Assembly: GCA_034780895.1 (NCBI GenBank)
Contig: JAUZTB010000087.1
Span: 85,353,411-85,417,410, forward strand
Direction: 5' to 3'
Length of the DNA: 64,000 bases
Source: Rhynchobatus australiae
Lineage: Eukaryota
Below the pieces are notes generated by a model. The model was not told the origin of the DNA. It ran no database searches and saw nothing but the letters and a program-made list of their open reading frames with translations. Shown piece after piece: positions 24,986 through 38,686 of this stretch (position 1 is the stretch's first letter; each line of letters begins with the position of its first letter). The position numbers and the translations under genes are program-made.

Positions 24986-25910
24986 ATGTCATTGAGATAA
25001 AAAGTCTGTCTGCCAGTCACTGTGACATGTATTTCACACCAAAAAAATGTCTTCAATAGGTGCATGGGAAGTGATGTTGTAAAATCTGTTTGAGTACAAT
25101 TGGAACAGTGGATTTTAAGTCACTTTTAATTTAACCAAACCAAAATATCAAAAAAAGTAGTGCAGTTAGTTAATTTTGTAGCCAAAATCCTTGAACCAAA
25201 ATGGTTTCCTGGGGTCATTTTTTTCAACTTAATTTTGCTTCTGTTGGCTCAAAGAAGCTAAAATGAAGAAGCAAGCACAAGAATGACAGAACTAAATTCT
25301 AAGCCTTTGTTTGTAATCATCCTTTCAAAAATTTCCTTTTTATTGAGATAAATGCTATAAATTTTGTTGGAATTTCCAACAGTTTTCTCTTTAACCACAA
25401 ATCTTACATTGTTCTACATATATTTTAACTAATTTATTTGGCAAACAAATTAGTTCTAATAATAACTTACATTTGTATAACACCATTAATGTAGAAAACA
25501 ATCCCAGGTTTGCAATCAAGCAAAAATTGACACAGATCCAAAGAAGGAGATATTTTGATTGGTGATTAAAAGTATTTTGATTGGTGATTAAGGTATTAAA
25601 GGATAAATGAGTTTTGTGGAAGAAGTTCCTGAGGTTAGATACTGGAAGTTCAGGCACAGGGGGCACAAAAGAAATGGAGTTTGTACAAAAGAAATGGAGT
25701 CTTCACAATAAAGAATGTATAGCTCACTGAAAGTTTTAGGGCTGGAGGAAATTGCAGAGATGGGGAGATAAGGTCATCCAGCTCTGACTGTTCCTGTCTA
25801 CTGTGGCTCAAAGCCTTCATATCTTGAATCGGTACAAGCCCAACCCAAGAAGCTTGAGCACATAAATCTAAACTGGCAGCCCAGTGGGTACTGAAGGAGT
25901 ACATTACCTG

Positions 25911-26894
25911 AACATAGAACAGTACAGCACAGGAACAGGCCCTTCGGCCCACGATGTCTGTGCCGGACATGATGCTGAACTAAACTAAATCTCTTCTGCC
26001 TGTATATGATCCATATCTGTCCATTCCCTCCATGTTCATATGTCTGTCTAATAGCCTCTTAAATGCCACTATCATATCTGCTTCCACTACTACCCCTTGG
26101 AGCCTGGTCCACGCACCTACCACTCTCTGGGTAAAAAAAATACTTGTCCCGCACATCTCCTTTAAACTTTCCCCTTCTTGCCTCATATGCATGTCCTGTA
26201 GTACTTCACATTTCTATCCTGGGAAAAAGACTCTGACTGTTTACCCTATCTGTGACTCTCATAATTTTATAAACTTCTTTCAGGTCTCCCCTCAGCCTCT
26301 AATGCTCTAGAGAAAACAACCCAAGTTTGTCCAACCTCTCCTTATAGCTCATACCCTCTAATCCAGGCAGCGTCGTGGTAAACTTCTTCGGTACCTCTTC
26401 CAAATGCTTTGCATCCTTCCTGTAATGGGGCAGCCAAAATCGCACACAATACTCCAAGTACAGCCTAACCAAAGTTTTATATAGCCGCCACATGACATCC
26501 TTCCTCGTAGAGTCAATGCCCTGACCAATAAAGGCAAGCATGCCATTTGCCTACTTGCGTGGCCACTTTCAGTGAGCCATGGACTTCGACCCCAAGATCC
26601 CTCTGTATATCAATGCTGTTAAGGGTCCTGCCATGAATTGTATACTTTCCTCTTACATTTGAACTCCCGAAGTGCAACTCTTCACACTTGCTTGGATGAA
26701 ACCCCATCTGCCATTTCTCTGCCCATATCTGTAACTAATCTATGTCCTGCTGTATCCTTTGACAGCCCTCTACACTGTCCACAACTCCACCAACCTTTGT
26801 GTTGTCTGCAAACTTACTAATCCACCCATCTATATTTTCATCCAAATCATTTATATCACAAACAATGAAGGTCCCCAGCACTGATCCCTGTGGG
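25911..26894 (-). mobile_element. CR1 LINE, RT C-terminus and 3' end
   Basis: PQGSVLG, ISKFADNTKVGG, LYKTLVRLYLEYCVRFW, FFTQRVVGAW in several frames; tail aacatagaacagtacagc. Confidence 0.92.
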
Positions 26895-27099
26895 NNNNNN
26901 NNNNNNNNNNNNNNNNNNNNNNNNNNNNNNNNNNNNNNNNNNNNNNNNNNNNNNNNNNNNNNNNNNNNNNNNNNNNNNNNNNNNNNTGAGGTTTTAAAGT
27001 GAGGACCTCCTCTCCTCTCTGAATTGGGCATATTTCGAGGAAGAGCAGAGATGTTATTCCTAGTGTTGTGGCTCATATTTGTTCCTTACCCAGCATTGC

Positions 27100-27660
27100 C
27101 AAGTTGGGCTTACAGTTGCCTGTACTATAATTTGCCATTTTACTCCCACTCTGATTTATCTGCCTGTAGCCCATTGCACTATTCTAAGGAGGCCCAAGTT
27201 TAACTTGAGGAATAGCACCTTGTCTGAGCATGTTGCAGCATTCTGGACTCAATATCAAATTCAACAATTTCACGTAACCTCCTTTCTCTGTGTGTAGCAC
27301 AACTTGTCAGCTCTGCTGTAGGTTAAGCATCTTAAGCAATGATTCACTTGCATTTCCTACAATTCAGTGTATTGCATTCGGTGCTTATGATGTCACCTCC
27401 TCTATAATGGAGAAACCAAACACAAATTGGTTGACTACTTTATGGAGCACCTGCATTCAGTCCACATCTGTGACCTTGAGCTTCTAGTTATCTGTCACCT
27501 TAATTCTCCATCCCATTCCCACTCTGACATATATATCTATGGCCTTGTGCACTATTCCAACGAGGCCCAATGTAAACTTAAGGGACCGCAGCTCATCTTC
27601 CACTGGGCCACATTGTAGCCTTCCAGATGCAGTATCAAATGATACAATTTCTTGCAATTT
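27100..27660 (+). mobile_element. Penelope-like GIY-YIG endonuclease fragments
   Basis: From ~27367 VYCIRCL*CHLLYNGETKHKL (decayed GIY-YIG), then EHLHSV...CHLNSPSHSHSD...LIFHWATL. Confidence 0.8.
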
Positions 27661-28279
27661 ACATAGAGTCATAGAGTGGTACAGGCCCTTTGGCCCACCA
27701 TGTCCATGCCAACCATTGTACTTACCTATACTAATCCCATTTAGTGGAATTGGTCCGTAGTTTTCTTTGCCTTGGTGATTAAAGGCCTTATCTAGATGCT
27801 TCCCTGTTTATTGTCAGAAATTCTATGGTAGATTATTCACCTTCCAACTGAAATTCCACCCTCCCCATTGTCAATTTTTTTCAGTTATTATTGCATTGCA
27901 GCTTGTATGTGCTTCCTCTGTATACTTTGATTGTTGTACTATATACTGTATCTATTACAACAATGATTACCAATGATTGCAAACCTTGAATGATATGTGA
28001 AAGACTTTTTCTTTCACAAAGGACTTGAACTCAAGGAATAGAAGTTAGGAATTTGATGCACCAGTGAACAAGGATCCATTGTAGACGAGAGGGAACAGGA
28101 ATGGATTAGCAGCACTTTCCAATGGCCAGATTGCAAGCAGCAGAGTTTTGGATGAACTTGTGGGATTTGGAGAATGGGAAGCCACCAGGAGTACATTGGA
28201 ATTGTCATATCTAGAGGTGATTAATTAATTGATAGGTACAAAAGAACAAAAATGCTGTTCCTTTCATAGCTCCTGTTGA

Positions 28280-28790
28280 ATGTCTCTTCGACTCCCCCTC
28301 CCATTCCCACACTGACCTGTCTATCCTCAGCCTTCTTCAGTGTCACGGTGAGGCCAAATGCAAACTAGAACAGGACATCATATTCCACTTGGGTGGCCTA
28401 CAACCCAATAGCATGAGTATTGGATTTTCCAATTTCAGGTATCCCACAACCCCAATGTTCCTTCATAACTCCTACTCGTTTACTTAGGTTCTCTCTACCT
28501 TCATTCACCTTTCCCATTTCCATCTACCCATCAACCACACATCTATCCATCTCGGTTTCTTCTCTACTAGCAAACTCTCTCATTCCTCTCCCCCATCTGG
28601 TTCCATCTGCCCATCATCCTTTCCTTACCTGATTTCACTTATCACCTTCTAGCCTCTATCTCTAACTTCTCCCTCCCTCCCATACCCCACCTGCCCATCA
28701 GTCCCCACCTCACCTGGTTCCATCTATCATCTGCTAGCTCCTGTTTCACCCTTCCCTCTCACCTCTTTATACTGACTATCTCCCCTCTAA
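28280..28790 (+). mobile_element. Penelope-like 3' fragment with C/T-rich UTR
   Basis: gactccccctcccattcccacactgacctgtctatcctc (DSPSHSHTDLSIL)...gaggccaaatgcaaacta (EAKCKL), then a pyrimidine-rich region. Confidence 0.7.
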
Positions 28791-31054
28791 ACTCTCAATA
28801 TTAAAATATCTTCATATTAAAATCTTTATATTAATTTTTGTTTAGTTAAGTGTTTAGAAAGATAGAAGCATAAGGCTGACCTGCTCATTAAAGTAAAATG
28901 CAGCAAAAATTATGCTCTGCTTTACCAGGAAATTTAATTAAAGTAAATATCAGTAGTCACTGAACAACAAATTCTGTGGGAAAACACATCTATGAACATC
29001 ATTCTTTTCAAGATGGCAAAAAAGTTATTTAAATTAAAGATGGCAAAAGCAGAACAGGGAGAGTTTTTAGCAGATATGAAATTCAGCAGAAGATAAACAA
29101 GTTTCGTTTGTTATGGGATATGTGGCTAGGGATGATTTCTTTCAAGGACACATCTATGTAAGGCAAGTGATAAAGTTGCCAATAGTGGGCCATTGTTTAT
29201 GAATCTCTTTGTTACTCACTCAAAGTTAAATGACTTAATTGGCTAACAGGAGAATTGTAGTTAGTAAAATGGTAGTCATCAGTGAGGGATAACAGCTAAT
29301 TGAATCAGATAAATGATGAAATGTGGATTCTTATGCAGCTGAGTTGGAAAAATAGTTTTTGTTGGAAGAGATATCTCAGTAGTTAAAAATGCCTGAACAA
29401 TGTGAACTTCATAAGCTTGAAAACTGTAATATGTCAGTTTTTCAAAGGACACCACATAATGTCATATGTGTATGTATAATAATTACAATTACTTGATTAT
29501 GTTAAGCATTAAAAGGCCCTGCTGCAGTCTGTCAAAATTGCTCACTGTTCTAGATCCTCTTGGAATGCAAAGATAAGCTGTAGCTTCTTATATCTACTGA
29601 AACTGCCTTCTTAAATAGCTCTTCCCAATGCTCCATCATGTACTTCAACAAATTGATAAAGTCTAGTCTCTCACATAAGATGTTAGCTAAACCTGAAACT
29701 CATGAAATTGAAGGCAGGTTACTGACCTGAAAGAAAATGGTAAAGTGACAAAAAATAGAAGCTACGAAAAGTGAGAAGGTGCTCAAATTGACATAATGTG
29801 ACATAGTATCTTAGAAGGACGGGGCCACAACTTTTCACAATATGATGAGACCCCAAGTGACTCAGATGATAGCATGCATGACCACAAGTTTGTCAGCACA
29901 ACTTAGGTAGATATTATTGTAAGTATTTTGAATGGATGCACTAAATTAGAAAGCAATATTAATAGATTAAGTGAATGGTCAAAACTGTTCAGAAATGTGA
30001 GGATATCATCTTTAACTCTCTGTTCTTATTTATACCTCGTGGTTAGATCAGCTATGATTAACAAACCTCCATCACCCTTTGTTAGATGGCACCAAAAGTA
30101 TTTGTGCTATCTGGATTCTCTTGTCTCCATCTTATCACAGACATTCCCTTTATTCTTTCTAATTCTTCCCCCTCAAAACTTAAGACATATTTGTTTTCTT
30201 CCTTTTCCAGTTTTGATGGAAATTCATGGACCTGAACCACTAACTCTGAAGTTCTCTTTGGAATTCTCTACTTAAGAGGGCAGTGAGGTTCAGCTGCTGN
30301 NNNNNNNNNNNNNNNNNNTGATAGATTTTTAGATATTAGGGGAACCAATGGTTAGTAAATGAAAATAATGTTGAGGTAAACGGTCAGACCTGATCTGAAT
30401 GAATGATGGTGTAGGCTTGAGGGGACAAGGATTCCTCCTGCTTCTTATGTTCCAGTTTCACCATATTATAAAATCTATCACTTATCTCTCCTTCATTTGT
30501 GCTCGTTCTTTACTTTCTGGTTTTCTTTCTCTTGTTTTCACTGCTTAATATTTATTATTTCTCATTCTTTACAGGTATTTCAGTAATAAATATTGGATAT
30601 AAAAATGGTGCCAATGTTAGGACTGCAAAAGTACTGACAGTAGAGGTGATATTATATGTGCAAGATGACAAATTGAAAATGCTGGAGAGTATTTTAATCT
30701 ACCTGACAAAATGCTAATTCACTGTGTTAGTCTTGCAAAAAGCAGTTAAATTTAGTAGATTAAAATAAAAGTCAGCATGAGCCACCTGAATTCTGTATTG
30801 GTTTATCTAAAACAAACCATAAAAGGAACAAAGTAAATACAAGTCTTGCAAAGTGCATGTATGAATTTTTTTAAGGACATTTATATATCATGGTACAAAG
30901 TTGACGGTGTACAATGAGAGCAGGAAATATTAACGTGGCTCTCTATGAAGAAGAATTGTAAGAACTAAGGACTGAGTTGCCAGTCAAAATAGCAGTTAAG
31001 CACTTTAAGGGCAGATAACTGTGAGCAATGTAAAAGTAATTGTTCATCAGCATT

Positions 31055-32111
31055 GCCATAGCTCAGTCAGTGAGAATTGGTAACAACGTCTCCTCCTCAC
31101 TGACCATCAACACTGGTGCACCTCAAGGCTGCATGCTTAGCCCCCTGCTCTACTCTCTGTACCTCTGATGGCATGGCTAAGCTCAGCTCCAATGCCATAT
31201 ACAAATTTGCAAATGACACCACTGTTGTTGGACGAATCACACGTGGTGATAAGTCAGCTTACTGGAATGAGATAGGACATCTGGTTGAATGGTGCCACAA
31301 CTACAACGTCTCACTCAACGTCAATAGAACTAAAGAACTGATTGTTGACTTCAGAAAGGGGAAGGAGGGCGAACGTGCACCAGTTTACATTTGGGGATAG
31401 GCGGTGGAGAGATCAGCAGCTTTAAATTCCTGGACATTAATGTATCGGATGGTCTGTCCTGGGCCGTGCACATAGATGCAACCACAAGAAAAGTGTGCCA
31501 GCATCTTTACTTTCTTAGGAGATTAAGGAGGTTTGGCTTATCACCAAACACGCTAAGAAACCTCTACAGATGCACTGTTGAAAGTATCTTGACTGTTGCA
31601 TTATGGTCTGGTATGGCAATTCAAATGCGCAGGAACATAAGAAGCTGCAGAGAGTAGTGGACTCTGCCCAATACATCACGGGAACATCCCTCCCCACCAT
31701 CAGTAGTATCTACAGGAGGCGCTGTCTCAAGAAGGCAATAGTCATTACCAAAGATCCCCCCCATTCGGGCCATGCCATCATCTCGTAGCTACCATCAGAC
31801 AGGAAGTAGAGAAGCCTGAAGTCCCACACCACTGGGTTCAAGAACAGCTACTTCCCTTCAACAATTCAGTTCTTGAACCAACTGGCACAACCCTAATCAC
31901 TACAGTTTAGCAACACTCTGATCACTTCAAACTAAAATGGACTTAGTTTTTTTGTGTTAATTCTTTCTTGTAAAATTTGTGTTTAATTTATGCTTTTCTT
32001 GTGAATGCTGCTTATGTGATGCTATGTGCCTGTGATGCTGCTGCAAGTAATTTTTTCATTGCACCTGTGCATAAATGTACTTGTGCATATGACAATAAAC
32101 TCGACTTTGAC
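31055..32111 (+). mobile_element. Rex1/Babar-clade LINE, 5'-truncated, RT domain and 3' UTR
   Basis: TGAPQGCMLSPLLYSLY, KFANDTTVVGRI, LNVNRTKELIVDFRK, LYFLRRLRRFG, YRCTVESILT; tail gacaataaactcgactttgac; frameshifted. Confidence 0.9.
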
Positions 32112-35100
32112 CTGGACATCCACAATCCACTCCTCACGTCTGAGCAGGAAATAAAGGCAGCCGCACAGGCTGCTTCCCCATTCGTAGTTTTGTACGAATT
32201 GTTAATAGCTTCTCCCTTACCAATCCCAATTTCTGTTGTGGCATTTGCGCCATACGAAGCCAAACAGTTGGTCAGTACTTTTGTGCCAGTATACAAGAAT
32301 AGTGTTGAAAGGCCCAGCAGAAGCTGCATTTATGGTAGCAACTAGCACTAATTATTTCAGTAAATTTCTTGTCCATCTCTTCCTCTTTCACTGTCTCCTT
32401 TTCCCAAACATCAGCTGTGCATTGGTGGTAGCACTTAGTTATTTGAATCAGAAGACTCTGTTCAAGCCACACTCAATGCAGAATCAAAGGAAAATAGTTC
32501 CTTGGAGTCAAAGGTGACTTTCTTCCACAGAGTAGAAGATACCTATATGCAAATTCTTTTCATGTCCAGCTACAACAGAGACTTGACAAGTGAGGACATG
32601 GTGCAATGACGCACACAGATGCGTGCGTGTACACACCTGTACGCACTCTAACCACACACACACGCACTCTATCCACACACAGACGCACATGACCAAACGT
32701 GGACGCAGATGCATTGACATACATGAATGCACACAAAAGTGTACATGAATGTTTGTGGATGGAGGCAAATGTATGTTTAGCCCTCATTTGCCACCCCACC
32801 CCCACATGTCTCCCCCGCCCACCCTTGGCTACCTCCCCTGCTCCCCACCTGCCTGCACTTTCCCTTCTCCACCCTGCCCACCACCTCCCACCCCCCCCCC
32901 CCAGCTTGTAGTGCATAGCATCATCATGGAATTGAATTGTATGGCCTTGATTAGTATTAACATTTGAAATAAATGTGTATACTATCTCAGGAAGAAAGAT
33001 GCAAATTTCAACATGTGAATTTTGCAAGAAGCAAATTTGTTTAAAAGCTACAGTTGTTAGGGAATGAACTGTCCTCATTTCAAATGAGAATTTTAATATG
33101 CATTCTTTCTGCTAGGCTTTTCCTTTTCCATAAATGACTGCTTGGAGTTTTCTGCCCAAATGAGCCAAAAATTATAAACTACTGAATATAACATTTGAGG
33201 AAACAACACAGCTTAAGAGTTTCTTTGGTATCCACCATCATTAGTGAAAAATTGTCACAAAATCATGTAAGGATATTATTTTTGTACATACACTTAAAAG
33301 AATGTTTTTAAAGATGTGAATCTGCAGCTTGATGTTGGTGAAATTTTAGTGGAATAATTCTGCAGTATATGTTTCATTTTGCAGTTTATCCCTATTCAAT
33401 CTATACNNNNNNNNNNNNNNNNNNNNNNNNNNNNNNNNNNNNNNNNNNNNNNNNNNNNNNNNNNNNNNNNNNNNNNNNNNNNNNNNNNNNNNNNNNNNNN
33501 NNNNNNAATCTATACTTACCATAGGTGCAGAGATGTCATGGAAAAGTGGCTCAGCTGTGTTTTTCTTTAGGATGAGGGTTATTAGTGTAATATGCATGTC
33601 AGGACTTGATCCATTCATTAGAGCTTGATTTCACAAAGCTGCCGCGCACACCCCTGTAACTTGGTAGCTGATTGGTTCGTCAGCAAACTTCTGCTGCATG
33701 CAATTACAAAAGTGAAGGGCAGAACCATGAAAAGGCTCTGAATATACAGTTGACACATGTCTGGTGATTTTCCTTCCTGGGCAGCATGCCAGTTCAAGGT
33801 TGTGTAGTGCTGAGTGGGTTGCTGGTTCAAACAACTGGTAAAATTACAGAGTTTCTTTGTTGCAAAACCAGAATAACTCTTATATGATGGACAGAATGAA
33901 ATGCACATGAATAATTGCTTATAGCGATTTCTTGAAGCTTCCTTGTATATCAATTTTTGATATAATTAAAATGACAATTCATTTTCCAGCATAATAGTAA
34001 AAGTTACTGTAAGGGCTTAATGTTAATTAATATTTGTACTTTGCTGTTGGAGGTATACACTATCCTGTTTATGTTACTTGAAACTTATTCAAGAAACTTA
34101 GCATAATTATTTAATAGTTAATTTACATGATATACTTAAAAAGGAAAAGATGATCTCTCTGAACATGAAATGTGTGTAACAGTGGGTGAAAAATAACCAT
34201 TTACAATAATAGGTACATTAGCAGAGTCTTCCAGCTATTGATTTAACTCTTTCCAGTTCCAGAAAAATCCTTGTTTCCTCCTTAATTTCTCGATGCTGAT
34301 CAGGATAAAGGTTCACAGGCATCAATTGCCTTCAAATACCAGCAGAAGTTCTTATTGTTTATTTGCAAGCCTTGATTTTGGGTGTTGATAGACTAATTAA
34401 CAAGAGTGACATTACAGCCGAATTTGATTCTGTTTTCATCTGATCTTTACAAATGGAAACCTTGATCAGTCGTGATATCCTGCCACTAAAGCCACCTATC
34501 TCATTTCAGTAATTTTCCACAGGCTCTGCCTGAAATAGATTGCTCAACTACTCACTGTATCAGCTACCTGAGTCATTGGGAAACTCTGCCTTTCCTTTTT
34601 GTTACAAAACACTTCATCAATCTGGGCAACTCCCACAGTCAGTGCTGAGATTTAAACAAAGCAGATGCCAAGAGCATGGCACCTATTTATTAAAATTTAT
34701 AATTTTTCCAGAAAAAGGTATATCTATCATATTCCCTTTTACTAAACTGAATAAGCAAACCTGTCATTTTTTTTTACTAACAAGAAGATTCAAGAATCAT
34801 TACAGGATCTATGATAAGAAAGTTTATTAAAGCCAGAACATAGGATATGGTCTCAGAGTTTCAGTGCTTAAGATGAGGAATATCAATTCTATATAGCATT
34901 TTGTCATCTGCCCCTTAGCAATATCATATGTATTTAATTATCATTTATCAAGTAACTCCTGCTGGAAAGTGCAGAAGTTTGAACATTAAAATCAGAATCA
35001 GGTTTATTATGTTGTGAAATTTGTTGTTTTGCGGCAGCAGTCCATGACTAAATACCCTTTAGACAATTGTGGGCCAAGTTTTCATTTATGGATTGATTAG

Positions 35101-37802
35101 TTTGTTGAGCTACGAATAGATTGTCTGATCCCAGTAAAAATTAGCTCCTCCAAATGTGGATGGAGAGAAATTAAAAAGGAAAGAAAATTTGCCAAGTAAA
35201 ATAACAATTGTGAAGACTTGGAAATGAAATTTACATATAGAGATAGTAAAGTGACTTGCAATTAAATTGTTTGTTTTAAACTATAAAATATCCCAAGCTG
35301 TTCATAAAAGAGAATGGAAAACTTCAACATTAAACACACTAAAAGAGGTGGATTGTAATACATTCTGAATGATAAATAAGTGGTGGAGAGACCTGGAGCT
35401 TAAGGGAATGAGATTCCAAAGTATGGTGGTAAATGGTTACTAGCACATATCTACAGTGGGAGAGAGCAGAATGCACTTGAAACTGTAGTCAAAGAATTGG
35501 AGAATGTTGCAGATAATGTTCTATCTCAGGAGGTGGATTTAGAGTTAGAGAAGGACAAATCAAAGAGGAATTTCATTCCAAGGATATTCTTTTATTATTT
35601 TGTGGCATTGGCAGACCGAAGGCCTATTGTATGAATGTGGGAATTCATTTACTATTGGGAATGGGCAGCAGAAATTCACATGAGGGAAATTTTACAGAAA
35701 ATTTTGGAGGATAAATTGGCTAGCAGAGCAATGGAATAAAAAAGGAGAAAATCAAGATGAGGCTCTCATTTGTAAATAGGATGAAGTTGGATTAGAGATA
35801 AGCAAAATTACTAAGGTTAAAGTCTCTGAATAAAAGTGTATGAGGAAGAAGCTGTGCTGAGGGTCGCATTGAAGATCTNNNNNNNNNNNNNNNNNNNNNN
35901 NNNNNNNNNNNNNNNNNNNNNNNNNNNNNNNNNNNNNNNNNNNNNNNNNNNNNNNNNNNNNNNNNNNNNNNNNNNNNNGATCTACATTCTGATTTAGTCT
36001 GAGATATTCACTTGGGACCTGTTGACGAGGGAATTAAATCTGTGGTACGGACAGATGATGCCTTCATTTTTCCCAGTGGTTAAGTGGAGAAACTTTTAAC
36101 TCATTCAGAACTGATCTTTATTAAAGCAGACTAAAAGCACAGAGGGAATGGAGGGGTTGAATTTAAATACACATATGGTATTGACAAGAGACAAAGCACA
36201 GACTGGGAAGAAGTCAGGGCTTTGAAAGGATGCTTTGGGGATTCTTGAAATAGTCATGCATGACTGGGATAAGAAACCATTTTTAGATTTGATAGTTGGG
36301 TGAAGATGAACAAGGGAGGTCTATCGCAAATGCCATGGATGTTGAAGAATTAAAGAGATAATGCACTGAGAAGCGGAAAATCACCAGATTCGGAACAGGA
36401 AATGAAACATGGGGACCAAAAGCATGGTCAAAAAGAGAGAGAGTCATTAAAAGCAGGATGGGAGGAGGGCAGAAGGATCCAGAGAGGGTTTCAGATCAGA
36501 GGCATGACATAAAAAGGCTGGCCACTTTTTGAGCAGGGGAGAAGGCAATAAGGAGTTAATCTGGTATCACAAGATCAGAGGTGTATATTTAGAGATTGCT
36601 GGAGGCATGTGATTGTAGATGCAGGAAATCTGAAAAACAACACAAGGAAATTCCAAAAATGCTTAGCATCTGACATGCTAATAAGCCTTTCACCATTTAA
36701 CCATCTCTTGTTTTCCATTTAAGTACGCAGGTAATTCTGTTTCTTTTTCCTGTCGGCTTTTCCCTTTTCTTTCTTCTTATTTTTTTAAATTTGTATTCAT
36801 CTGTAATATTTCTCTATTTTGACAAATAGTCTCCATGTGCAATATTCATTAATAGAGAAATTGAATTTAAAAAAAACATGGGTTATTTTCAAAAAGAACA
36901 CACATCTTAAAAGTAGTTTGCTGTATGTGCTCATAGCCTTATAATGAGAGAACGTGGCTTTCTGCCTGTATATTTGGCTGTGCTATTTTGTGCTTAAGCT
37001 TATGGAATTCAGTATTCCCTTTAAAAGAAACCTCAGGACAATATTCGTAACTTAATCAGATTGATAGCTGATATCGGCAAAAGGAAGAATTGATGTGATT
37101 ACTGGCAAATGGAAGATTTTAGTTTCCACCTTGGTGCAATCCATGATCTCAATACAAATTACATCCAAAATTGGACTAATTTTGAGATTCTTTTTCTTTC
37201 AAGTTATCACTGAAACTTGTTTGCAGTCACTGAATGTAAAATCTAGCATGAACAATGCAATTGAATAATCTTTTATAATGTAATTTTGTGCTTTATATAA
37301 TAACCTTGCTACAGTATATATTTCTTGATGTACTTAGGAGTGATCAACTGGTGCAATTTGATTGAATGGGTTTATCACGGAACAAAAAACATGTTAAACT
37401 ACATCCAGTCCACCAACTTTGAGTAACCCAATTTTAAACTATTGAAAATTACTTTTTTTTAGAAAAAGGCAATGCAGAACCATTTGTNNNNNNNNNNNNN
37501 NNNNNNNNNNNNNNNNATCTTAATAAATTAAAATAAATCAAAAGCTTTTAAAAATGCCTAATAGCAGTTTTGATCAAAAGTAACTTTGCCTCATTAAAGG
37601 CTTCAAATGTTGTAATGCGCAGAGACTATGGTTGCTAACCACCTTGCTTTGTCGTATATCTAAAAGTTAACAACTGCCCTGTATGATTTTGATAGGAGAT
37701 CCCAATTTTCCTGTATACCCAACAGAGAGGCTGCAATGTGAAATCAGGAATTCCCAATCCATCCCAAAGTCTATTAAAGGAGTATCCAGTCATGTAACCA
37801 TC

Positions 37803-38686
37803 CAATAGGTGGAGGGGCAGGTAGTGTTGAGGAAGTAGGGAGTCTACAGAAGGACTTGGACAGATTGGGAGAATGGGCAAAGAAGTGGCAGATGAAATAT
37901 AATGTAGGGAAGTGTGTGGTCATGCACTTTGTTAAAAGGAATAAAGGTGTAGACTATTTCTAAACGGGGAGTGAATTCAGAAATTGGAGGTGCAAAGGAA
38001 CTTGGGAGTCCTAGTGCAGGATTCCCTAAAGGTTAACTTGCAGGTTGAATCGGTAGTAAGGAAGGCAAATGCAATGTTAGCATTCATTTCGAGAGAACTA
38101 GAATATAAAAGCAAGGATGTAATGCTGAGGCTTTATAAGGTGTTGGTCGGACCACATCTGGAGTATTGTGAACAGTTTTGGGCCCATATCTGAGGAAGGA
38201 TGTGCTGGTATTGGAGAGGTTCCAGAGGAGGTTAACAAGAATGATCCCAGGTATGAAAGGGTTAATGTATGAGGAGTGTTTGATGGGTCTGGGCCTGTAC
38301 TTGCTGGAGTTTAGAAGGATGAGGGGGGATCTCATTGGATAGACTGGACATGGAGAGGATGTTTCCACTGGTGGGTGAGTCTAGGACCAGAGGGCACAGC
38401 CTCAGAATTGAAGAATGCCCCTTTCGAACAGAGATGAGGAGGAATTTCTTTAGCCAGAGAGTGGTGAATCTGTGGAATTCATTGCCACAGATGGCTGTGG
38501 AGACCAAGTAATTGGGTATATTCAAAGCGAAGGTTGCTAGATTCTTGATTAATAAGGGCATAACCTTTGATGGGAAGAAGGCAGGAAAATAGGCTTGAGA
38601 GGGACAAATAAATCAACCATGATCGAATGGTGAAGCAGACTCGATGGGCCAAATGGTCTAATTCTGCTCCTGTGTCTTATGGTCTA
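37803..38686 (+). mobile_element. CR1 LINE, RT C-terminus and 3' end
   Basis: LQKDLDRLGEWAKKWQMKYNVGKC, KANAMLAFISR, LYKVLVGPHLEYCEQFW; ends ...tcttatggtcta. Confidence 0.92.

Noticed and set aside
25551-25705. Two small tandem duplications (~22 bp and ~20 bp)
   Set aside because: Two copies each with no spacers; ordinary slippage within old repeat-like sequence, not CRISPR-like.
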